Virus record (IMG/VR): IMGVR_UViG_3300028423_000861
Coordinates: 1-64,000 of that record
Source of the DNA: a virus
Strand: one strand, 5' to 3'
DNA length: 64,000 nucleotides
Translations under genes and position numbers: made by a program
Shown: one piece after another, positions 10,783-21,602 of the stretch
Position numbering within the stretch: the stretch's first letter is position 1
Layout of the letters: each line of letters begins with the position of its first letter
The notes under the pieces: model-generated
The model's input: the letters and a program-made list of their open reading frames with translations, nothing else
What the model was told of the DNA's origin: nothing
Databases searched by the model: none

Positions 10783-11173
10783 TTCTTTAGTGCCTCCCCG
10801 GCAAAACGTATTTTTCGACCGATGACAACACGCCAAGGCTTGTTTTCTTCAATCTCAAAGTTTTCATTGATTTGAGGCAATTCGCTGAAAATTAGCATAT
10901 AATCATGTATGTAACAGTTGCTAAAATCATAGTCCATAAGGCTTTCGCCATCTTCCACCACTCTTGTTTTGCATTCAAACTGATTACCTTCATCGTCTGT
11001 CATAACAGGCGACAACGCATAGCCCTTGCATTCGAGTTGTGATGGCAATGGTAGTTGCGCAATGCCATAGTTTGGGCCATGAAATGCAGTATGAGACCGC
11101 CCTGCAGTCCTTTTTTCATTCCATTCATCATAATCTGTTGTGTAAGAATTATTCATCTCTATCTCCATCTTGT

Positions 11174-11214
11174 GCGCGGAGTGTTTAAAGTGGGTCGAGC
11201 GAGTCCACTTGCGC
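11174..11214 (-). promoter_or_regulatory. Structured leader (candidate cis-regulatory RNA) of the operon containing queD
   Basis: Minus strand GCGC-AAGUGG-loop-CCACUU-UAAACACUCC-GCGC; CUCC can pair with the downstream GGAG; CTAAATA promoter-like motif immediately upstream. Confidence 0.45.
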
Positions 11215-11411
11215 TTATTTAGCGAATGCCTCGTTCAATATCGTAACGAACATTCCATTCGTGTAGCATCCAACCACCCACCGCCACGATGAGAATCCAG
11301 ATTGCAGGAGTGAGTCCTGTTGTGACTAAGGATACAAGACCGGTTGATCCAAGATCAGAAACAATCCAGATTACAAGCCAATCCCATAACCTAAATCCAG
11401 AAAATAAACTC

Positions 11412-12029
11412 TTAGGTTCTTTCGGTGAGGATGTCATCTGCAAGACCCCATTCAATTGCTTGTTCTGCATCTAGGAACGTATCGTGTTTCATTGTCTCAG
11501 ACATTGTCTTGAAGGTCTTTTTCTTGCTGTTGTGCTTTACATACAACTCGGTGAGGCGATCATTAATCTTCTTGCTTTCCTCGAAATGTCTTCGTGCATC
11601 TTCAAATTCAAGCTCTTGAACATAAACACTGCCGCTCGTTCCTGGTGTTCCCGAGCTCACCCGGTGGATCATTGTGCGGCTATTGGGCAGCACAAAGCGT
11701 TTGCCCGCCGCGCCAGCCTGTGCTAGAAAGCTTCCCATGCTGGCCGCCTGGCCAACGACGACTGTTGCTACATCTGGTTTGACGTATTGCATCGTATCAT
11801 AAATCGATAATCCTGCGGTAACAAGACCACCAGGACTATTAATATACATGGTAATGTCTTGCTCTCCTTCAGCTTCAAGGTAAAGAAGTTGACTCACAAT
11901 AAGGTTTGCCATGTTGTCTTCAACCGGCCCATTGAGCATAATAATACGCTCTTTAAGAAGGCGACTGTAAATATCATAGGCACGTTCGCCTTGCGACGTG
12001 CGTTCAACTACCATTGGGACTAGTGTCAT
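11412..12029 (-). CDS. clpP: ATP-dependent Clp protease proteolytic subunit
   Basis: LVPMVVE...[29 protein letters not shown]. Confidence 0.97.
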   Translation of the reverse strand: MTLVPMVVERTSQGERAYDIYSRLLKERIIMLNGPVEDNMANLIVSQLLYLEAEGEQDITMYINSPGGLVTAGLSIYDTMQYVKPDVATVVVGQAASMGSFLAQAGAAGKRFVLPNSRTMIHRVSSGTPGTSGSVYVQELEFEDARRHFEESKKINDRLTELYVKHNSKKKTFKTMSETMKHDTFLDAEQAIEWGLADDILTERT

Positions 12030-12340
12030 TAATCTGTTCCTTTATAGCAATGAAAATTAAATGAGGGTTCTGGATACATTGTCTTAAGGTAAATTATATG
12101 TTGATCATCAAATACCTTAAGTATTGCATATGCATAATCATATTCTGAACCGTGTAGATACTGAATTGAGTATATATCTGATATTTCATAATTCTTTGGA
12201 TATATTCCTAGAGAACTGAGCCATTCAGATAACGACTGACAGACAATTTTTTTGCAATCTGTATCAAAGTAAAATTCAATCGGCTCATAAAAATAAACAC
12301 TAACATAATTCTTTGATGTAGTTACTCCGCGTATTTTCAT
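12029..12340 (-). CDS. Hypothetical, MxKL-like family
   Basis: [12 protein letters not shown] near the C-terminus. Confidence 0.55.
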   Translation of the reverse strand: MKIRGVTTSKNYVSVYFYEPIEFYFDTDCKKIVCQSLSEWLSSLGIYPKNYEISDIYSIQYLHGSEYDYAYAILKVFDDQHIIYLKTMYPEPSFNFHCYKGTD

Positions 12341-12873
12341 TATTTGTTCATATTAAAATATTCAAAGGTTTTGCGAAGTGCAAATACCTGTGCTTTACAG
12401 TCTTCAAGTGCGTTGTGAGCTGCAAAGTTCATATCTTTGCGTGGATCACGTGGCATACGCTTAAGAAGAGTCCTCAAATCACTCACAGACCAGAAGGCCC
12501 AAGGGACAGGCTCTCCTAATTCCAGACACATGTTTTCCAGCATGTTGATATCCATGCTACCTTGTGACCAAATTTCATCACAACCTACATACCACTTTTT
12601 AAGTGCCTGCATGATTGTGCGACAATCTGTTCGATCCTGGTCTCCGAAAGCTTCTTGGATAACGTCGTCAGACTGGTTACCCCACCATTCTAGCGTAGAC
12701 TGGCTAGTGGTTCGACCCATTTCCTCTTGTTCGTCGATATCAAATCGATAATAGAATTCACTGTGTGGTTCTGACCAATCGAATGGATTAAATTTAACAC
12801 CACCGATTGTCAAAATTTGACCTTCGGGTTCTGTGTCAAGAGTTTCAAGGTCTACCATTGCCCATGTAGTCAT
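12340..12873 (-). CDS. DEDDh 3'-5' exonuclease (Rv2179c/DexA-like)
   Basis: MVDLETL, STLEWW, DLRTL, HNALED. Confidence 0.9.
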   Translation of the reverse strand: MTTWAMVDLETLDTEPEGQILTIGGVKFNPFDWSEPHSEFYYRFDIDEQEEMGRTTSQSTLEWWGNQSDDVIQEAFGDQDRTDCRTIMQALKKWYVGCDEIWSQGSMDINMLENMCLELGEPVPWAFWSVSDLRTLLKRMPRDPRKDMNFAAHNALEDCKAQVFALRKTFEYFNMNK

Positions 12874-12915
12874 TGTTTATCCTTTTGTTTAATATATACA
12901 AAATGCCCATGCATG

Positions 12916-13847
12916 TCAAACACTTATTTGATAATCTATTAGAGGTTGAAACATGAGTTTAAGCATTGTTCTGGCTTCTTGGCTGTGAACAAATATCTCG
13001 CATTGGTTATGTTGAAAAGTTGAAACTGTAAACCACAAATTGTTTTCTTCAAGCCAGTTTGTAATAAAGTTAAAACATTCCCATTTTTTATGCATTGAAT
13101 CAACGTCATGCCACACAAAATAAACCATCTCAGGACGATTATAATCACAACAAACATAAACACGAACACTGTCTATTATATCTTGCTCTGTAAAATTGTT
13201 AATCTGATTCATTGTGAGTCACTAGTCACCATTGTCTTCTAGATCCCAACCGAGTTTTGCCATCACAAATTTTTCTTCACTTGTGAATGTTACTATTATA
13301 GGCATTCTTGATGTCTTCCACCGCATAAAATTATACGGCGGAATGGTATAATCTTCATTTAAGAATAAATCACGATCTTCCATGAAATCTTGAATTTCAC
13401 TAATGATAACAGCTTCGGGCTGATCTGGAAAATTGAGTCGCAATGCTACTGCGCCATTTTTTATCGGTCTTCCATTGGGCCACGAATCCCATAGCTCTGC
13501 ACTGCGAATGTTCCCATTTGAATCTTTGAAGCTTTCGAATTTAAGACGCATTTTGGCCATTATAGCACCATTTTAGCCATGATGAAGGTTTCATCATCAT
13601 AAAATACAACTCGTTTTAAAGGCTTGAGATCGGTATTTGGTGAAAACGTATAAGGATGTTCGTGAATTTTAAAATCTTGACCTTCGACAAAACCAGCTTC
13701 TGTAAGGCGGCGCCTCGCCTCTTGTCCTGAAATTTCAAGTTCTCCTGAGCCAAACAATTTTCCTTCTCTCGATACGTTTGGCACTGCCCAGCCGCCAGTG
13801 CTTCGCATGGGGCAATGATCGGCGTCGAGAAACTTGAACGTCTTCAT
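12916..13847 (-). CDS. Three small hypothetical ORFs (12916-13212, 13222-13560, 13560-13847), MxKL family
   Basis: C-termini SQEARTMLKLMF, SEEKFVMAKLGW, DDETFIMAKMVL. Confidence 0.65.
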
Positions 13848-13848
13848 A

Positions 13849-15171
13849 TTAGGCCTCTAGATTATCCAGATCTTCCTGGTATTGAGCTGCTGGTGTTGTG
13901 GTTTTCCAGTATTTGAGACTGGACTTTGCTTCACGAATTTCCTTGCGCAGGGCTGTTACTTGCTCCTTCGTAAGGCTTAGAATGTTTAGAGCCAGCAACC
14001 GATTGAGATCGCGATCAAGAGCAGAGGTTTCAGACTGGATTTGCCCCTCAACATCTTTGCGTCGGCGATCTTTGAATACGATTCTTTCATCAAGAACCGC
14101 TTCAATAAATTCAATTTTTACTGTCAGCCAGCGCAGCAATTCATCATGTTCACGAATACGCAGGTCGATTCGATCTTGCAAAATGCCCAAACGAAAATCA
14201 ACAAAATCCTTGATTAGTTGTTTGGGTTCATCATACTCACGTAGATCGTCTTGTGGTCCGATCACAGTGAGATTTTCGGCATGGTTTTTGATTAGCTTGA
14301 ACTTCTTGGCAATGTCTGTATCATTCCATTTAGCAGATGTATTTTGTTTAAGTTTAACTTCAAATCGAAAACCACGATTGTCAGTTTGGTCGTCGTATCC
14401 AACAATCAAACCATCATCTTCTAGATCATCGAGAACCTTGATATAATTCTCGCGATCAAAGCCATACGGAATTTCTTCGATTAGCAAAGTTGTCTTGCCG
14501 ACCTTGCGCCAAGAACCCTTGCAAACATACCTATTGCTTGGCTTGTCATATTCAGTAGTGCCACGGAAATCAGGAAAGTTCACACCAATATCGGTTCGAA
14601 TCTTACCATTCTTGAGATACTCTCGAATGGCACGAGTCACATCCTGTTCGTCACGCGGCAGGATATTTGTTGCAAATCCAGTAGCGATACCGCTTGCGCC
14701 GTTGAGAAGCACGAGAGGCAACACTGGCAAATAAAACTTGGGAGGTTCGTGTTCAGGGTCCTCGTGTTCAGGACTGAGTTCGATATCCTTGATATATTTT
14801 TCAAAGTTAGGGCTGACTTTTGTATACACGTATCGAGCAGCGCCAGCTTCCTGAACTTGCCTGGTGCCAAAGCTACCGCGACCTTCGACAAGGCAAACGT
14901 TATTTCTCCAAGTAGCAGCCATGAGTTGTCCAGCACCGGCAGCACTAACTTCCCCATGGTTGTATCCGTAGTCACTAACAACACCACTCACTGCCGAGAC
15001 CTTTTTAAAGTCACGACGTGAGTTCTGTAGACTAGAATACAGATAGAATCGCTGCACCGGCTTCATTCCATCCACCATGTTGGGAATAGCACGGCTTGCA
15101 ACAGTGTATTGCGCAAAATCCAACATTTCGTTTTGCGCGACTTCAGTCAGTGAGTAAGTTTTTGTTTTCAT
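13849..15171 (-). CDS. DNA topoisomerase II medium subunit (T4 gp52-like)
   Basis: RAIPNMVDGMKPVQR, YNHGE, GSFG, AARY active tyrosine, LLNGASGIATGF. Confidence 0.96.
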   Translation of the reverse strand: MKTKTYSLTEVAQNEMLDFAQYTVASRAIPNMVDGMKPVQRFYLYSSLQNSRRDFKKVSAVSGVVSDYGYNHGEVSAAGAGQLMAATWRNNVCLVEGRGSFGTRQVQEAGAARYVYTKVSPNFEKYIKDIELSPEHEDPEHEPPKFYLPVLPLVLLNGASGIATGFATNILPRDEQDVTRAIREYLKNGKIRTDIGVNFPDFRGTTEYDKPSNRYVCKGSWRKVGKTTLLIEEIPYGFDRENYIKVLDDLEDDGLIVGYDDQTDNRGFRFEVKLKQNTSAKWNDTDIAKKFKLIKNHAENLTVIGPQDDLREYDEPKQLIKDFVDFRLGILQDRIDLRIREHDELLRWLTVKIEFIEAVLDERIVFKDRRRKDVEGQIQSETSALDRDLNRLLALNILSLTKEQVTALRKEIREAKSSLKYWKTTTPAAQYQEDLDNLEA

Positions 15172-16572
15172 CCGTTCAGAAATTTTTCATAAATTGGCCG
15201 CAATGCGTCGCGGTCTTGTTGATCAAGGCTTTGCATAGACCATTGTAACACGGCTCCTGCCACGTTGTCATGCAAAGATTTTTCTCTTAGCCCTAGAGCA
15301 CTCATTTTGTCCATGGCATACATAATCATCAATTGACACAGATAAGCTTCGCTGATTGTTCCGTCGTCCAGTCTAGCTTTATCGTCTAGCATGTCTAAAC
15401 CCTCTGGTTCTTTTAACCAGTTGATCTCATCAATGAACGACTGTAAGAAATCCTTTACTTGTTTTTCTTGTTCGGGTGTGGTCGACATATTTACTTTTCT
15501 TGCAAGATGTAGTCAAAGAACTTGTTCATTACCTTGTGCATTATAATGAACATTACAACAACTGCAATAACAAGCGACATGCCTCCAGGCAAACCCATGA
15601 AAGCCATAAAATATTGTAACAGCAAAACGATCGGTAGATGAACCAACACGATAGCAAAGAAGACAATGACGAATTTGATCAGGTCAATCATGTTCATTTA
15701 ATAATATTATAATAAGAAAGGTGAGAAGAGCAGCGGGAAATCCCCATATCAATCCAACAATCACAGCGGCAATTAAAGCGAGGGTCATTCTTCTAACTGC
15801 TTTTCAGCTATACAATAAGAATACATGTAATTCGAACTATGGATATCTTCAAGTTGCGCTTTTACAAACTGACAATCATCGAAACTGTCCATTTCCTGAA
15901 TTTCGAGATCTCTACCGACAAACACAAACAGCAAGAATGGTCCAGCAACGTCCATCATTTTTTTCTCCCTTAGGGTTTAACTGCAACTGAGATTAAGAGA
16001 ACAACATCTTTCATAGTGTTATCCTTTTCGTTCTAGGTTCATATCATGACAGGTCCTCTGCAATGAGGTAAGTATTGCCCTCATAAATAGCCCGTTCATA
16101 GCCCGCCGAAAGGAAGAATTTTTCCTTGGGGGCAGCGTAATAAGAGATGCCTTTCTCCTTGCAGAATTCTTTGAAGATTGCAATCCCTTCATCGCTATAT
16201 GGTGCGTGATCACCATATAACGGGCTAGGCCCTTCGTCTTGTCCGTAAACCAGATCATAGTCGTCGACAAGTTTTACACCGTCGCGCCCACCGACAACAT
16301 AGGCTTCAATATCGATATGGTCAAATTTGTTCGTGTTCATCACGCAGCCTCCTGCTTGCGACCGAAGCCGTCATACGGTCCTTCAAACTCGGCGGGCACA
16401 GCAAGTCCAAACTGACGGAAACTATACGCAACATCGCGCTCGTTGCCTGCAACAACACTAACACGCGAACCCGAGCTGGTCGGGTAAGTAACACGATAAC
16501 GATAGCTGTTGCCAGCGCCTGCGCCACCAATGGAAAACGGAGCGATCTTTTCAACAGTAACAGTCATTGCGT

Positions 16573-16622
16573 ATCTCCTTTGCTTACATGTATAATATAA
16601 GCAAAATGCTTTGGTTTGTCAA
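16573..16622 (-). promoter_or_regulatory. Early promoter/RBS cassette (copy 1)
   Basis: TTGACA-17nt-TATATT...AAGGAGAT with internal TTTGCTTA/TAAGCAAA inverted repeat; 49/50 identical to 33006-33055. Confidence 0.85.
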
Positions 16623-16861
16623 GCACTTTAGAAATTATTTTACTAGTTCGACTTCCTGTAACTCAATATGATATTGGTCTTTCATGTCTTCATAATCATC
16701 TTCGCCATACATTTCAACAATCATCTTTTTGATAGCTGCTTCTGCAAGATCATACGCCTTTTGCTGTGTAGTGGCAGCTACAAACGGAGTATAGAATACA
16801 CTCCAGCTTTCACGGTCGCAACCGTCTTCCTCGTCGTAAAATGCAATGTAAATCGTAGTCA

Positions 16862-18709
16862 TTATTTCACCAATTCTGGAGTTTCATCCTTGAGCCATTG
16901 TTTACGCGGCTCGCTATCTTTACCAAACATAACATCAAACCACTTGGGCTTATCGATTTGAATTACGTCAAATCGAGGCTGATTAATGATCACATCATAC
17001 TCTTCCTCGGTAAGACTTGCAAGTCCTTTGATGTAACGATGGTGCCATCCACTTGTTGTGTTTTTGAATTTACGTGCCTCATCATAACTGTAGAACCATT
17101 TGGTTTCTTTTCCTTTGGTCGAAATCATGATAGGAGTGCGAGTAATTGCAATGCGCTCCTCTTCGAACAACCTCGGCCAATACTTGTAAAAGAATGCCAG
17201 CAACAGTCCGCTGATATGGTTACCATCATGGTCAGCATCGGCAAGGGTGGCAATCTTTGCATAATCCATGTTATCTACACTGTTGGGGTCATTAATATCA
17301 AGACCCAACACTGCAATGAGTTCACTAAGTTCTTTGTTCTTGAGAACATCAGCAGGTTTTTTATCGAATGTGTTCATAACAACACCACGCAACGGAAAAC
17401 CGCCAACAGTCTTGGGGTCACGCACCTTGAGCAAAAAGCCCATAGCACTGTCGCCTTCACAAAGGAACAATGTTGCGTCACCTCCGCTCGCTGCAACATG
17501 CTTTTGAACTTTTGCACGACGAAGCTTTTTCTGTGCTAGGGTGGCTGCTCTTTTATCCGCAGCCGCTTTCTTGGCAACCTGTGCTTCAACAATAGGCTCG
17601 ATTATGTCTTCACATGCCATGACCTTCTTGGCAATCTGTTCAAAGCCCAGCACGCCGCTATTCTCATAGTGCTCGCGAACGCGGCTCTGAGAGCTTGTCA
17701 GTCGCTCTTTGGTTTGTGCATCATACTGTGGGTCGACAAAGTTACGTGCGAACAGAACAAAGGTAAGCCCGCCTTTGATAGTGCTTCGGTTGACTTCTAC
17801 TTTATACTTGCGCTTGATCATGCGCTGCATTTCGTCGGTGATCCCGTTGATCACATAATCATTATACGTCCCTCCCAAGCGAGTATTAACACCATTCACA
17901 TATCCATTCTGCCTGTAGCCATCTGAACTACTTGTGATTAGAAAAGCTACATTGTCGCGTTGCTGTGTAACATAGCTTCCGTCATTGGCAAAAAGTTCAG
18001 CATATTTCTTGAGGTTGGTTGCCCGAACCAATTTTCCATTTAGTTTGAACTTGATTTCAGGAAATGCAATCTGCAAACTGTTGAGGCGATCATGGATGAG
18101 ATCAAAATGATCCCCTTCATCAAGGCTGTCCACTCCAAGAAGGCTGAAGTCAGGGCGAAACTCGACACTGGTTCCATTCCCTTTTTCTTTGCCATCAATC
18201 ACTGCATTTTCTTCAGCACCGTTCGTGCTACGAACTTCAACCAGTCGTCCCTTACTCCAGGTTTTGCCAATAAAGGTCTTGCTCATGAAGTTTACACATG
18301 CGCTGCCAACGCCGTTTGCGCCGATTGTGACACGATCATCATCAAAACTGGTGCCAGCACGAACACGAGTCCATGCAGCAACAGGACGGAGCATTTTTTC
18401 GCCTGTTTCTGTGTCAGTGACTTCGTCGAGTGGAATACCGCGTCCATTATCGCTTACTGTGACGCGGTTTTTTTGAACATTGACTGTAATTTCATTCGCG
18501 TGTTTGAATTCTGTGCGAATAGCCTCATCAATACTGTTATCCAGGATTTCATCTACCATTTTGAGTAGGGCAGGCACATATTCAACTGTGCGCCACACTC
18601 CCAAGACAAAACGATCAACGCTCTCTAGAGATGTACTTCCCAAATACATGCCAGTTCTTTTTCTGACATGCTCACGGGCACTCATAATCTGAAATTCTTC
18701 TTTAGCCAT
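16862..18709 (-). CDS. DNA topoisomerase II large subunit (T4 gp39+gp60 in one ORF)
   Basis: EILDNSIDE, DNGRGIP, GANGVG, EGDSA, PLRG, DADHDG, YIKGL. Confidence 0.96.
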   Translation of the reverse strand: MAKEEFQIMSAREHVRKRTGMYLGSTSLESVDRFVLGVWRTVEYVPALLKMVDEILDNSIDEAIRTEFKHANEITVNVQKNRVTVSDNGRGIPLDEVTDTETGEKMLRPVAAWTRVRAGTSFDDDRVTIGANGVGSACVNFMSKTFIGKTWSKGRLVEVRSTNGAEENAVIDGKEKGNGTSVEFRPDFSLLGVDSLDEGDHFDLIHDRLNSLQIAFPEIKFKLNGKLVRATNLKKYAELFANDGSYVTQQRDNVAFLITSSSDGYRQNGYVNGVNTRLGGTYNDYVINGITDEMQRMIKRKYKVEVNRSTIKGGLTFVLFARNFVDPQYDAQTKERLTSSQSRVREHYENSGVLGFEQIAKKVMACEDIIEPIVEAQVAKKAAADKRAATLAQKKLRRAKVQKHVAASGGDATLFLCEGDSAMGFLLKVRDPKTVGGFPLRGVVMNTFDKKPADVLKNKELSELIAVLGLDINDPNSVDNMDYAKIATLADADHDGNHISGLLLAFFYKYWPRLFEEERIAITRTPIMISTKGKETKWFYSYDEARKFKNTTSGWHHRYIKGLASLTEEEYDVIINQPRFDVIQIDKPKWFDVMFGKDSEPRKQWLKDETPELVK

Positions 18710-18774
18710 ACTGGTCCCTTGTTTTATTCTTTTTACTTATAGCAATACTGTATTCAGTTGTCAATAAACAACAG

Positions 18775-19116
18775 TTAATCACCCTTGCCTGGGTTTTCGC
18801 TAAAATATTTCATTTTACCTTCAACGGCATGCCAGTCCTCGGCATCAGACGGCACGTCTTCAGGTCTTACTTGTGTGATATTTGGCCAGACTTCAGCCCA
18901 TCTGTCATTAAACTCGGCCCATTGTTCCATGCCTGGCTCTGTATCTGGAAAGATAGCGTCTGCAGGACATTCAGGCTCACAAACCCCACAATCAATGCAT
19001 TCATCAGATTTAATCACAAGCATGTTCTCCCCCTCATAGAAACAATCCACAGGGCACACGCTCACACAATCCATGTGTTTGCATCTAATACAAGCATCGG
19101 TTACAACATAGGTCAT
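18775..19116 (-). CDS. fdxA: 7Fe ferredoxin, alphaproteobacterial FdxA type
   Basis: [35 protein letters not shown]...[12 protein letters not shown]...FSENPGKGD. Confidence 0.95.
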   Translation of the reverse strand: MTYVVTDACIRCKHMDCVSVCPVDCFYEGENMLVIKSDECIDCGVCEPECPADAIFPDTEPGMEQWAEFNDRWAEVWPNITQVRPEDVPSDAEDWHAVEGKMKYFSENPGKGD

Positions 19117-19542
19117 TATTATTGCCTTTTCTTTATTTTTTCTTGTGGTTTTTCGGAGGTAGACGGTCAAGAGTCCTGTGGACACCTTCCATGAGTTCTT
19201 CCATGAGAAAATCCTAATTACTGGTCTTGTTCAACTTGCTGTCTTAGTGGTCGTGATCGTGGTTCGCCTAGCTCTTCTGAGTCAATATCATTCAAGCGAT
19301 ATTCCTCGGGCACAGTTTCGTCCATTGAAATTATACCACTGATGCGATACCATTTATTTTTCACTTCAATAGCACAGACGTTGTCTGAAAAGCAAATGAT
19401 TTGTGGTTGGTCAATTAAATCTTCTGGAACCATTTCACTAAGTGACTTAACCTTTAGTGCTAGAAAAATAGACACGGTGGTCGGAATAACCATGAGAGCA
19501 ATCACAAGTGCTTTTCCAAACACCCGCACCGTTAATGAGTTA

Positions 19543-19899
19543 TCAGATTGTCTCGGATTCTCCATTTTGATCCTCAATATTTTGACAAAGCTTTAATGCA
19601 ACTTCAAGTTGTCCTAAAGCCTCAGCAACTAGAGGATATTTATCTGCCATTTCAAAAAGTTTTTCGGACTGATTTATGGATTCAATCATTTTATCAATAG
19701 CCATCTCGGCGTCGATATCCAATGCGAACCCAGGAGATGAAACTGGCTCCCATCCGGTAGTTGTATAAACGACCATACTGCCAGAATTTTCATCATACAT
19801 TACTGTACCATATTGTGCAGAAGTTGGCAGACATCCTCCGTTACCAACATAGACAACGGAGGATGGCATGGATAAAATATATTTTCCATTAGGTGTCAA
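19543..19899 (-). CDS. Hypothetical; ALGQLEVALKL paralog group (start uncertain)
   Basis: Shares C-terminal helix with 21603-22061 and 22061-22510. Confidence 0.6.
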   Translation of the reverse strand: MTPNGKYILSMPSSVVYVGNGGCLPTSAQYGTVMYDENSGSMVVYTTTGWEPVSSPGFALDIDAEMAIDKMIESINQSEKLFEMADKYPLVAEALGQLEVALKLCQNIEDQNGESETI

Positions 19900-20536
19900 T
19901 TTTGATAGTCTCCAATTCAGCAAGACATATAAACCTGGTTCCATCTATTACTTGGTCGCGGCTATGATGCCAATGTCCAAAAATCCAGATGTCTGGCTTG
20001 TGCATGGACCACATTGATCCTAGAGCTTCACGAGTCCGACTTGGATATTCTTTCCTATACCAAGGAAATAGCTTCCAGACAACATCCTCAGGACATTCAT
20101 GTGTGACCATGATGCGCGGTTTAACGCTCTCATAGACATCAATAGCACAATGAAGATCATTGTAACTGAGTTCTTCATCAGGCCACCAGTCTTGATCACG
20201 AACTCTCCATTCCTTGTCGATGCTATCAGCACCTCCAATAAACATCATTCCAGTGTCTTGCTCATAAGAGATGTCAGGTATAAAGAATCGATGCTCTGCG
20301 CACTCGCCTGGGTTGTCATGATTGCCCCGGATATAACGGTTATCACCCCCACCTTGAGTTTCCATAACGTGCTCAAGGGTATGAACGACTCGTTGCATAT
20401 ATTCACTTTCTTGACCAAGAAACCCCCAACCAAAGTCACCAACTTGAATGCTGCGCTCAGGCTGTTCTTTCTCGAGAATATCCTGATAATCTTTCCACTT
20501 CCCGTGGATGTCACCAATGAATAGTATTTCAGTCAT
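19889..20536 (-). CDS. Calcineurin-like metallophosphoesterase
   Basis: GDIHG, VGDFG, RGNHD, VTHE, FGHWH. Confidence 0.93.
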   Translation of the reverse strand: MTEILFIGDIHGKWKDYQDILEKEQPERSIQVGDFGWGFLGQESEYMQRVVHTLEHVMETQGGGDNRYIRGNHDNPGECAEHRFFIPDISYEQDTGMMFIGGADSIDKEWRVRDQDWWPDEELSYNDLHCAIDVYESVKPRIMVTHECPEDVVWKLFPWYRKEYPSRTREALGSMWSMHKPDIWIFGHWHHSRDQVIDGTRFICLAELETIKIDT

Positions 20537-21020
20537 CTTTTGTCTTCTGTTTCTTAATGGTGTAGCTGTCAGCTACAAGGGGCTCGAGCAGTTGTTCGTT
20601 AGGATCAAAATCCGGCAGTTCACCTTTCCAATTGTAACACACTGTGATATGAGGTCGATAGTCTGGCCATTCGTCTTGCATATTATATGCGCGGCCGTAT
20701 GACTCGCGGATTTCATACAATCCCTTGCCCTCGACTTCCATTACGAGTATATCTTTGTTTTTGCCAAAAAGCTCAAAGTTGGTTGGACGAACTTCGATAT
20801 TGCAATCATAGGTATCATTTTTGATACGGTGGTCAGTTGTAGTAAACCAAACAGTTGTGTGAAATTCAAAATTTTCTGGATCTTGTCGTGTTCCGTCCCA
20901 CTTGTATGACAGGTCGAATCCGTTTTGCTCGCAAAATTCTCTCAAATAACCTTGTGTCACGGGATTATAAATCACACTAATGTTTTTCTTTTCCTCGGGC
21001 AAAAAATCATTTTCATTCAT
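20529..21020 (-). CDS. 2H phosphodiesterase, T4 gp57B / anti-CBASS Acb1-like
   Basis: Two HxT motifs: EFHTTVWFT and WPDYRPHITVCY. Confidence 0.8.
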   Translation of the reverse strand: MNENDFLPEEKKNISVIYNPVTQGYLREFCEQNGFDLSYKWDGTRQDPENFEFHTTVWFTTTDHRIKNDTYDCNIEVRPTNFELFGKNKDILVMEVEGKGLYEIRESYGRAYNMQDEWPDYRPHITVCYNWKGELPDFDPNEQLLEPLVADSYTIKKQKTKDD

Positions 21021-21093
21021 GATATTCTTTCATTATACAGTATGAGCTACTCATTGCAGAGTCGCTCAAAATGCGTTGCATCTTTTGCAACGA

Positions 21094-21564
21094 TTATGGA
21101 TAAAGCGGGAATTGCTTCAGGTATTCCAGAGCCGTAGCACTTGTATGAGAAGTAACGAACACATAACCAAACGTGAGCTCTTCGGCTGTGAAGAAATCAC
21201 CGTAATAGTTAGTAAACGGATAGCTCGGATCAACTACCAGGCCAGTCTGGAGACCAAAGTTCTCGTTCATATATTCAACGGTTTGTTCAATCTCATCCTT
21301 CGTAGCATAAAGCGTGATTTTAGTTCCAAATCCACCGCCACCCTGTGCCCGCCAATCGTTCATCAGTTCGGTCACTCGGAGACCGTGATCGCCTTCAAGT
21401 GCGAACGTGTCAAACACGAACTGAGTAGCAGCGTGGGCGGCCTGTGCTGCCAGTTTCCCTGGATTCATCTGGTAAAGATCAGAACGACCAAGAAGATAAA
21501 GCCGAGAACCCTGCTCCATCAAGGGAAATTCTGGATCAGCACGATCTTTCGTGATAACAGTCAT
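21094..21564 (-). CDS. Peptidyl-tRNA hydrolase, Pth2 type
   Basis: GRSDL..MNPGKLAAQAAHAA, FGTKITL, VVDP. Confidence 0.85.
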   Translation of the reverse strand: MTVITKDRADPEFPLMEQGSRLYLLGRSDLYQMNPGKLAAQAAHAATQFVFDTFALEGDHGLRVTELMNDWRAQGGGGFGTKITLYATKDEIEQTVEYMNENFGLQTGLVVDPSYPFTNYYGDFFTAEELTFGYVFVTSHTSATALEYLKQFPLYP

Positions 21565-21602
21565 GTGTGTCTCCGTGTTATTACAAAACCAATATACATT
21601 GG

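Noticed and set aside
13898-18692. Long antisense ORFs opposite the topoisomerase genes (and similar ones opposite other genes)
   Set aside because: Shadow frames of well-supported minus-strand genes, with no motifs or RBS.
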